DNA of 33,074 nucleotides from Ruminococcaceae bacterium UBA2806 (GTDB lineage Bacteria; Bacillota; Clostridia; Oscillospirales; Acutalibacteraceae): NCBI GenBank assembly GCA_002351795.1, contig DEHG01000106.1, positions 1 to 33,074 of the forward strand, read 5' to 3'. Shown piece by piece: positions 26,529 to 33,074 of this stretch (position 1 is its first letter; each line of letters starts with the position of its first letter). The notes under the pieces were generated by a model. It saw only the letters and a program-made list of their open reading frames with translations, ran no database searches and was not told where the DNA came from. The position numbers and the translations under genes were made by a program.

Positions 26529-27800
26529 ATGGAACGTAATTATGCATTGGCTGTACAGAAAAGAGAAAACCTGTACAGAGCATATATAAATAAAGCCCAG
26601 ATAGTTTTACAGAGCAGCGGCGGCAAGCATACCTCAGAAGAATGTCAGTATTTGCAGAGAGCTGCCGAGCTGCAAAGTGAAATGGCAGATATGACTATCG
26701 GTGAGGAAAGAAATCACCATCTGAGAGAAAAGGAAGCTATCAGCGCAAAGGTTATTGCAATACTAAAGGAGATAGATCCTAAAAAGGCTGCTGAACTGGA
26801 AGGCGGCAAGGGCGAGGGCAAAAAGACCTCGCAGACAACAGGCGGCAGAGGCGGCGATAACGATAAGGAAAAGCTTGACGCTATGGCGCAGACATGGTAC
26901 AAGGAGGCACCGAATCATTCATTCAAGGATGTTTCCGGTATGGCTGAACTGAAGGATAAGCTCCAGGATTGTGTTACAAATTCAAACTGCGAGGAGCTGC
27001 TTGATTTCCTCAAGATACCGAGACTTAATACATATTTCTTTGTAGGCCCTCCCGGCTGCGGCAAAACCTATATCATTGAAGCATTTGCAAACGAGCTTGT
27101 AAATAATAAGGATAAGGAATATAAATATCTTTCACTTGTTGGTTCGGATATCATAAGCCGATATGTAGGCGATGCTGAAAAGATCGTTACAAGAATGTTT
27201 GAAGAGGCTGAAAACTGCGCCCCCTGTATCGTATTCATTGATGAGATCGACGGTGTATGCCGTAACCGTTCACAGAAGTCAATGCCTGAATATGCTGCGA
27301 GTATCACAACATCTTTCCTTACAGGATATAACAGGATGAAGAATTCAGGCAAATCCATTATTTTTATCGGCGCTACAAACTATCCTCAGCGTGTTGATTC
27401 GGCTATGCTGGACAGAGCAGAGGTCATTCGTGTTCCGCTGCCCGATAAGGATGCAAGGAGCAATGCTTTCCGTATGCAGTTTGAGGGGATCATTGAGCTG
27501 GATGACGATATATGCTATGACGATATGGCTGAGGTAACAGACGGCTATAACTACCGTGATATCGAGCGTGTTACATCAAATATGAAGAAGTCGATATTTG
27601 AACAGGTAATGCAGCAGGCAGGTAATCAGAAGGACGCTATAGAACTTATAAAGTTCGGCAAATTCAAGCTTAAAAAGAAGGATTTTGATGATGCTATGGC
27701 TGATTTCAAGCCCTCGTCAAAGAAGGATATTATTGACGCTATAGACAAGTGGGAAAGAAATCTTAATAATGACAGCTATCTTATAGATGATGAAGAATAA
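26529..27800 (+). CDS. Vps4-like AAA+ ATPase with a MIT-like three-helix N-terminus
   Basis: 423 aa. About 85-aa helical N-terminus and a G/K-rich linker. Walker A GPPGCGKT (27045-27068), pore loop RYVG, Walker B IVFIDEID (D at 27240), sensor-1 GATN. SRH VDSAMLDRAEVIRVPLPD lacks the PGRFD insertion, as in the Vps4/katanin/spastin clade. Confidence 0.8.
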   Translation: MERNYALAVQKRENLYRAYINKAQIVLQSSGGKHTSEECQYLQRAAELQSEMADMTIGEERNHHLREKEAISAKVIAILKEIDPKKAAELEGGKGEGKKTSQTTGGRGGDNDKEKLDAMAQTWYKEAPNHSFKDVSGMAELKDKLQDCVTNSNCEELLDFLKIPRLNTYFFVGPPGCGKTYIIEAFANELVNNKDKEYKYLSLVGSDIISRYVGDAEKIVTRMFEEAENCAPCIVFIDEIDGVCRNRSQKSMPEYAASITTSFLTGYNRMKNSGKSIIFIGATNYPQRVDSAMLDRAEVIRVPLPDKDARSNAFRMQFEGIIELDDDICYDDMAEVTDGYNYRDIERVTSNMKKSIFEQVMQQAGNQKDAIELIKFGKFKLKKKDFDDAMADFKPSSKKDIIDAIDKWERNLNNDSYLIDDEE

Positions 27801-27816
27801 AGGCGAGGTAGAATAA

Positions 27817-28827
27817 ATGTCATCAGAGATCCTTGAAAAGTATAAATCAGAGATACCCTCAATTTCCAAAGAAAAGCTGATCGGGCGAAAGAGGTATGAG
27901 ACAATGCTTGTAGGCTGTCTGCCCTTTGGGGATCAGGAGCTTTATTTCAATACCCTGAGCAGCCGCAGCGCAATGCTGCTTGCAGGCAGACAGGGATGCG
28001 GAAAACGAACTCTGGAAAGCGCTTTTATAAACGGATACGGGGAAATGTTCAGCGCAGCGCTGAGCTTTCCCTTTGAGGATATTGCCGCTGAGGGTGATGA
28101 AAAGGCAGCTGCACAGCTTACAGATTTTCTGAAAGCGCTTGAAGAATATACTGACGGCGAAGATGAAAACAGCGAGGATGCATATATTGTTACACTCGGA
28201 AACATTACATCTGTAAAGGATATGCCGAAGCTTTGCGCTGCTTTGTCTGCGGGCGTCAGAAATATTGTAAAAAACGGAAAAGGCGTTATCGTCATGACTG
28301 CTGTATATGACGGGGATGTAAGATCAATTCCTGCGGCGGTAAGAAAGCCCTTTGTTGTATGCAGGGTAGATCCGCCTTCAAGAGAGGAAAGACTTGAATT
28401 TTTTAAAAACAGTATGGAGCCTGTTTCAGGATATGTAAACGATACTGTAGGCATTGATTTTATGGCGGATTATACGGAGGGTACGACCTTTGATGATCTT
28501 GACAGTCTTATATGTGATCTTCATGTTTTTCTGAAAGCAAAATTTGTCGTTGATGTTGCCGAAACAAGCGGCTCGGACATCAGTGAGGTTGAAATGGCTG
28601 ATATCGGCATTGACAAGGTAAATCTTGAAAAGGATGATTTTATCTTCCTTGCCGACAGCTATCGTGAGGAAAAGCAGGAGGCGGCGGGATTTGATATGAG
28701 CGCCATTACGGAAGCGCTGTCAAATCTTACTGTCAATCTTTCGTCTGATAAAGAGCCTGAAAAACCGAAGGCAGTCTCCCCCTTTGCTTTGCTTGATGAT
28801 GACGATGATCCGGATGCATTATTTTAA
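27817..28827 (+). CDS. Degenerate AAA+-like paralog (probable pseudo-ATPase) with a poly-Asp C-terminal tail
   Basis: 336 aa. Deviant Walker A GRQGCGKRT (27985-28011). No acidic Walker B (YIVTLGNI). No sensor-1 Asn (VMTAVYD). AAA lid-like YTEGTTFDDLDSL. Tail FALLDDDDDPDALF (28783-28824). Confidence 0.65.
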   Translation: MSSEILEKYKSEIPSISKEKLIGRKRYETMLVGCLPFGDQELYFNTLSSRSAMLLAGRQGCGKRTLESAFINGYGEMFSAALSFPFEDIAAEGDEKAAAQLTDFLKALEEYTDGEDENSEDAYIVTLGNITSVKDMPKLCAALSAGVRNIVKNGKGVIVMTAVYDGDVRSIPAAVRKPFVVCRVDPPSREERLEFFKNSMEPVSGYVNDTVGIDFMADYTEGTTFDDLDSLICDLHVFLKAKFVVDVAETSGSDISEVEMADIGIDKVNLEKDDFIFLADSYREEKQEAAGFDMSAITEALSNLTVNLSSDKEPEKPKAVSPFALLDDDDDPDALF

Positions 28828-28865
28828 TTGCTTACTGAAATATTACGGACAAGGATGTGTATATT

Positions 28866-29978
28866 ATGAAAAAAATATCAATTATAATTTCACTTATGCT
28901 ATCTTTTGTTATTATGTTAACCGCATGTACACAGGCAAGTACATATCCCGATAAATCAGTGCCGGAAAATGTTGAAAGCGCTGTTTCAGATAAAGAAAAT
29001 GATGAAAGCAGTTTACAGAGTGAAGATACTGAAATAACAGAGTCAACGGACGATATTTCTGTTACGGAAGAATCTGCTGCAGAAGCTTCTCAGACAGCGG
29101 CAAATATAAGACCTGCTGATTGGGAAAATATAAAATGGACACAGTACAGCAGTCCGTATTTTACACTTGATATCCCCGAAGGATGGAAGGTGGACTGGAA
29201 CGGCAATGCAGAAAGACTTTACTGGACTGTCGGTACAGAGGACGGAAATATAGGACTGGAAAATCAGGATCATGTTTATGCAGCAAAGGATCCTTCAATT
29301 ATGCAGATAACGGGTGTTGAGATCTGTCTTTCAGAAGGAACTGTTCCGGAATTTTTTGATGCAGTAGTGGGGAGCAAACAGGATACATTTGAAGTAAAAA
29401 ATTCCTGCGTCCCCGCAAATAAGGAGATCCTGCAATCAATCCGCCCGACAACGCCGATAAGGGATTATCAGTCGCTTTACGTCAATTATACGAATAACGG
29501 TTTTGAAGGTGAGGGCATATATTCAGCGGTAATAATGGAATCAAGGGATGTTGTGTATTCCGGAATGAATTACGGCATGTGGGAGATAAACTGCGTTTAT
29601 ACGGAGCATACTCCGCTTGGAGAGCTTGTAAACTGGCAGCCTGTCCTTACAAAGATAGCCCAGTCATTTAAATATACTCAGCAGTATATTATGGAATGGC
29701 AGCAGACAGCAGGTTCAAATGAAACTCCCGAAAGTCCGGTAAGCGATACCGATCCTGTTATGCAGGCTTTTGAGGAGCGCAGCAAGCAGGATACGATCAT
29801 ACAGGAAAAGCGTTCGGATATGATAGGCGAATATGAACGTGTTGTTGATAATGATACGGGAGATATCTATCGTGCATATAACGGTTTTCTTGACGATATA
29901 GGTACAGAGCAGAAAAAATATACTGCAATTACAGATGAGCAATACCTTGAAGGCTATAAAGGCTGGATAGATAAATAA
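28866..29978 (+). CDS. Lipoprotein, unknown function
   Basis: ATG at 28866. Signal peptide MKKISIIISLMLSFVIMLTAC with a canonical LTAC lipobox, followed by an acidic S/E/T linker and a globular domain. Confidence 0.7.
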   Translation: MKKISIIISLMLSFVIMLTACTQASTYPDKSVPENVESAVSDKENDESSLQSEDTEITESTDDISVTEESAAEASQTAANIRPADWENIKWTQYSSPYFTLDIPEGWKVDWNGNAERLYWTVGTEDGNIGLENQDHVYAAKDPSIMQITGVEICLSEGTVPEFFDAVVGSKQDTFEVKNSCVPANKEILQSIRPTTPIRDYQSLYVNYTNNGFEGEGIYSAVIMESRDVVYSGMNYGMWEINCVYTEHTPLGELVNWQPVLTKIAQSFKYTQQYIMEWQQTAGSNETPESPVSDTDPVMQAFEERSKQDTIIQEKRSDMIGEYERVVDNDTGDIYRAYNGFLDDIGTEQKKYTAITDEQYLEGYKGWIDK

Positions 29979-29998
29979 CTATAAGGGAAGGTAATGAA

Positions 29999-30538
29999 AT
30001 GACAGAAGAAAATAAGGTTTTCTCCGCTGCGCCGACAGATGAACGTGTCCCGGAGGAAAAAGCCGCTTATGAGCTTCTTGACAGGCTTGGCGTGGCGTAT
30101 ACAAGGACAGATCATCCCGTTGCTCAGACAATGGAGGATTGTCAGCGGGCGGAGGAGCTTCTGGGCGTTAAAATATGTAAAAACCTGTTTTTATGCAACA
30201 GACAAAAGACAAGCTTTTATCTTCTTATGATGCCGGGAGATAAGCCCTTCAAGACAAAGGATCTTTCCGCCCAGATCGGAAGTGCAAGACTTTCATTTGC
30301 CGGCGAGGAATTTATGAAGGAGCTGCTTGGAGTTGCTCCCGGTTCGGTAAGCGTACTCGGGCTTATGAATGACCATGATAAAAAAGTCAGACTTCTTATA
30401 GAAAAGGATATTCTGAAGGATGAATATTTCGGATGCCACCCGTGTAAAAATACATCCAGCATGAAGATCAGGGTAAGTGATCTTACGGATGTGATATTGC
30501 CAGCAGTCGGACATGATTATACAGAGGTAGTGCTGTAA
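29999..30538 (+). CDS. YbaK/ProX-type aminoacyl-tRNA editing (prolyl-tRNA synthetase-associated) domain protein
   Basis: 179 aa. KNLFLCNRQK, GVAPGSVSVLGL and HPC motifs typical of the ProX/YbaK deacylase superfamily. GGGAAGG RBS. Confidence 0.75.
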   Translation: MTEENKVFSAAPTDERVPEEKAAYELLDRLGVAYTRTDHPVAQTMEDCQRAEELLGVKICKNLFLCNRQKTSFYLLMMPGDKPFKTKDLSAQIGSARLSFAGEEFMKELLGVAPGSVSVLGLMNDHDKKVRLLIEKDILKDEYFGCHPCKNTSSMKIRVSDLTDVILPAVGHDYTEVVL

Positions 30539-31194
30539 TGAATGATTTTGACGTACTTCTTGTGAAGGTGAAAAGGGAAGCAAAAAAGATAGGCATACCG
30601 ATATCAGATAATATAGACAGCCGTATTGCTGTAAATACAAGGGCTAAAACAAGGTATGGCAGATGTACAAAAAAGGGGAACAGCTTTGTAATAGAGCTTT
30701 CCTCGATACTGATCGACGCACCTGAGATATCATGCAGGCAGACAATTGCCCATGAGCTTATACATACCTGTCCGGGCTGTATGGATCACGGCGACAGATT
30801 CAGATATTATGCATCTAAAATGAATAATGCATACGGATACAATATAAGCCGTACAAACAGCGCAGAGGAAATGGGCGTTCCCGACAGACGGAAAACTGAT
30901 GCTAAATTCATAATAACCTGCCGCAAATGCGGGAGCAGCTTCACCCGCACAAAAAGGAGTGCGCTTATAGATTCTCCGTCAAAATACCGCTGCAAATGCG
31001 GAGGGGAGCTGTATGTACGGACTAATACAAATGAACCCGTACAAAGTGAAGCACCGGCAGTCAGCAGCGCAAATTATATACTTCTGTGTCTTAAATGCGG
31101 GAGAAAAATACAGCGGCAGAGAATGTCTGCGGCGATAAAGAACCCGTCCGCATACAGATGCAGCTGCGGCGGTATGCTGAAACGGATTCGTTAG
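30538..31194 (+). CDS. SprT-like zinc metalloprotease with two tandem zinc-ribbon modules
   Basis: 218 aa. HExxH in IAHELIHT. Duplicated modules CRKCGSSFTRTKRSALIDSPSKYRCKCGGEL and CLKCGRKIQRQRMSAAIKNPSAYRCSCGGML. TAATG overlap with the preceding gene. Confidence 0.8.
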   Translation: MNDFDVLLVKVKREAKKIGIPISDNIDSRIAVNTRAKTRYGRCTKKGNSFVIELSSILIDAPEISCRQTIAHELIHTCPGCMDHGDRFRYYASKMNNAYGYNISRTNSAEEMGVPDRRKTDAKFIITCRKCGSSFTRTKRSALIDSPSKYRCKCGGELYVRTNTNEPVQSEAPAVSSANYILLCLKCGRKIQRQRMSAAIKNPSAYRCSCGGMLKRIR

Positions 31195-31196
31195 GG

Positions 31197-32033
31197 GTGA
31201 TCACAACGGATGAAATAAGGCTTATATGCCCTGTTTGCGGCAGGGAACTGATAAAAAATGAAAAAAGCTATTCCTGCAAAAAACGGCACAGCTTTGATAT
31301 CGCAAGACAGGGCTATGTAAATCTGCTTCCTGTGCAGAATAAACATTCTCTGTCACCCGGAGATACAAAAGCCATGCTTTCGGCGAGAAGGAATTTTCTT
31401 GATAAGGAATATTATCTTCCGCTTTGCAGTGATATCGCTGATATGATAAAAAAATATTCTCCTTCACAAAGACCTGTTATTATTGATTCAGGCAGCGGAG
31501 AGGGTTATTATACCGTACAGCTGAAAGAACAGTGCAATGCTGTATGCATGGGTGTGGATATAGCAAAAGAGGCGTCAAAAATGTCCTGCTCAAGGGATAA
31601 GGAGATACTCTGGGCTGTTGCTACCGCATCGCATATTCCTGTTGAGGATAACAGCGCAGATGTTGTTACAGCGGTTTTTTCCCTGTTCATGAATGACGAA
31701 TATGCAAGGGTACTGAAAGAAGGCGGTATCGTTGTGGAGGTAACAGCGGGATCAAAGCATCTGACCGAGCTTAAACAGATAATCTATGACGAGGTGTTTG
31801 AACAGAACAAAAAGCCTTCGTCTTTCGGGGAACAGTATTCCCTTATAACTCAGGAGGACAGGGTGTTCGGGATAGATATCGGCAGACAGGATCTTGAAGC
31901 TCTGCTTATGATGACCCCGCACAGTCACAGAATAAGCAGAGAGCAAAGTGAAAGAATAGAAAAAATCGACAATATCCGGATAACGGTAAATTATATAGTA
32001 AGAGTATTGAAAAAGAAGGAGAAGGGATCATGA
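31197..32033 (+). CDS. rlmA: 23S rRNA (guanine-N1)-methyltransferase RlmA
   Basis: N-terminal Zn motif CPVCG...YSCKKRHSFDIARQGYVNLLP, SAM motif IIDSGSGEGYY. The start is uncertain: I chose GTG at 31197, just after the SprT stop. The in-frame ATGs at 31095 and 31158 lie inside the SprT gene and lack an RBS. Confidence 0.8.
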   Translation: MITTDEIRLICPVCGRELIKNEKSYSCKKRHSFDIARQGYVNLLPVQNKHSLSPGDTKAMLSARRNFLDKEYYLPLCSDIADMIKKYSPSQRPVIIDSGSGEGYYTVQLKEQCNAVCMGVDIAKEASKMSCSRDKEILWAVATASHIPVEDNSADVVTAVFSLFMNDEYARVLKEGGIVVEVTAGSKHLTELKQIIYDEVFEQNKKPSSFGEQYSLITQEDRVFGIDIGRQDLEALLMMTPHSHRISREQSERIEKIDNIRITVNYIVRVLKKKEKGS

Positions 32034-32851
32034 AAAAAAGAGTGTTGGCATTATTGCTGACAGGCGTAATGTGCAGCTTTTGTGCCTGCGGGAATGAAAG
32101 CTCGGAGGAGAATGATGCTCCGCCCGATACGAACGTTGATGTATCTGTTTTTGAAAACGAAAAAGGAAATGTCGTATATCATTATAATCTTGACGGGGAA
32201 ACGCCGTATCAGGAATCATCTGAGGATACAGTTGTACACCGTCAGGAGGATAAAAAGATTGTGGCTGTAAACGGCGGCATCAGTCTTGAAAAGGCACAGG
32301 AGCTGCTTGACAGCTGCAGCAGCTACAGACTTTATTTACCGGGAAAAATAAGTGAATTCAAAAAGCGCTTTAATGATATAATAAAATTCAATAATAAAGA
32401 TTATTATTCTATAAGCCTTTATTGCGAAAAGGATTCTGTCAGGCTGTATGTTGGTTCCGATATAATTGTTTCATGCGACGGCAAGGATATTTACAGGCTC
32501 GATGTTGCGGGAGCATATCAGAAGATGGAGCCGGGAACCGCAGAAAATGACAAATCCTCATCCGAATTGTATCCCGATGCAAAAATAACGCCGTTTGAAG
32601 CTTTGTTTACAATAAACAGCTATGACAGAAAAAAACTGGGACTGAATGAAGCAATTATAGATTATACTTTTGAGATGACGGACAAAATAGTAGTTAAAAA
32701 CAGCATAGAATGTTATCAGATAACGCCTAAGCTCAGAAGTTCTTCATCTGTAAAGCTTTGTAATCCCGTTTATGTTGCCGCAGACGGCTCGGGAAGAGTT
32801 CTTGCAATAAACAAAACAAAAACAGATTATGAATTATTGGATGAAAACTGA
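32030..32851 (+). CDS. Lipoprotein, unknown function
   Basis: 273 aa. Signal/lipobox MKKRVLALLLTGVMCSFCACGNES. ATGA overlap with rlmA. AAGGAGAAGGG RBS. Confidence 0.65.
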   Translation: MKKRVLALLLTGVMCSFCACGNESSEENDAPPDTNVDVSVFENEKGNVVYHYNLDGETPYQESSEDTVVHRQEDKKIVAVNGGISLEKAQELLDSCSSYRLYLPGKISEFKKRFNDIIKFNNKDYYSISLYCEKDSVRLYVGSDIIVSCDGKDIYRLDVAGAYQKMEPGTAENDKSSSELYPDAKITPFEALFTINSYDRKKLGLNEAIIDYTFEMTDKIVVKNSIECYQITPKLRSSSSVKLCNPVYVAADGSGRVLAINKTKTDYELLDEN

Positions 32852-32883
32852 TGATATGATAAATTGAAAGGAGAAAAATTATT

Positions 32884-33074
32884 ATGGTAATCAAACCGAA
32901 GGTAAGAGGATTTATCTGTACAACAGCACACCCTCAGGGATGCAAGGCTATCGTAAAGGAGCAGATAGATCATGTTAAAGCTCAGGGACATACGGAAAAC
33001 TCTCCGAAAAAGGTTCTTGTGATCGGCGCATCTATGGGATACGGTCTTGCAACAAGGATATCAGCTGCATATTC
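32884..33074 (+). CDS. fabV: Enoyl-[acyl-carrier-protein]/trans-2-enoyl-CoA reductase FabV/Ter, N-terminal fragment (continues beyond the window)
   Basis: Not in the ORF track because it has no stop codon. ATG at 32884 after AAAGGAG. The translation [32 protein letters not shown]...[22 protein letters not shown] matches the conserved FabV N-terminus. Confidence 0.8.
   Translation, partial: MVIKPKVRGFICTTAHPQGCKAIVKEQIDHVKAQGHTENSPKKVLVIGASMGYGLATRISAAY

Noticed and set aside
17466-29978. The operon as part of a prophage, integrative element or transposon
   Set aside because: I recognised no integrase, recombinase, transposase, phage structural gene or flanking direct or inverted repeat. Base composition and RBS style look the same as in the surrounding housekeeping genes. 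The only tRNA is 17 kb away. A mobile origin cannot be excluded without comparative data, but nothing here supports it.
31095-31196. Upstream in-frame extension of rlmA overlapping the SprT-like gene
   Set aside because: RlmA proteins begin only a few residues before the CxxC zinc motif, and the extension has no RBS and lies within another CDS. I chose GTG at 31197, with low confidence in the exact start.

Overview
This is an AT-rich chromosomal window of roughly 40% G+C by eye, with strong Shine-Dalgarno sites. It looks like Firmicutes/Clostridia; a Ruminococcus/Oscillospiraceae-like anaerobe is a guess from gene content only. Positions 1-17465 are mostly minus-strand housekeeping genes: a partial tRNA with a consensus promoter, GNAT, tsaD, rimI, an LMW phosphatase, polA, alr, an Mrp/ApbC ATPase, prmA, an M23 peptidase, queH and a HAD hydrolase. 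Three envelope or secreted proteins sit among them: a Cys-rich tandem-module protein, a BspA-type LRR protein and a 622-aa lipoprotein. From 17861 to the window end every gene is on the plus strand, and I saw no intrinsic terminator between them. The standout is a tightly packed, partly translationally coupled nine-gene block at 17861-28827. In order it encodes an orphan 572-aa protein, a non-canonical Hsp70/actin-fold ATPase, a 669-aa coiled-coil protein, a zinc-ribbon protein, a DUF3592-like two-TM membrane protein, two ESCRT-III/Snf7(PspA-superfamily)-like proteins, a Vps4-like AAA+ ATPase with a MIT-like N-terminus, and a catalytically degenerate AAA+ paralog. I read this as a candidate bacterial ESCRT-III/Vps4-type membrane-remodelling or envelope-protection module with an unusual Hsp70-like partner. 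All family calls come from by-eye motif reading and need profile or structure searches. Downstream are a lipoprotein, a YbaK/ProX-like deacylase, a SprT-like metalloprotease, rlmA, another lipoprotein and the 5' end of fabV. I recognised no rRNA, CRISPR array, transposase or integrase. Secondary oddities are a G+C-rich intergenic island with a duplicated 15-bp perfect palindrome (11158-11234) and a recurring ATGTTGAAAA palindromic motif in three intergenic spots.
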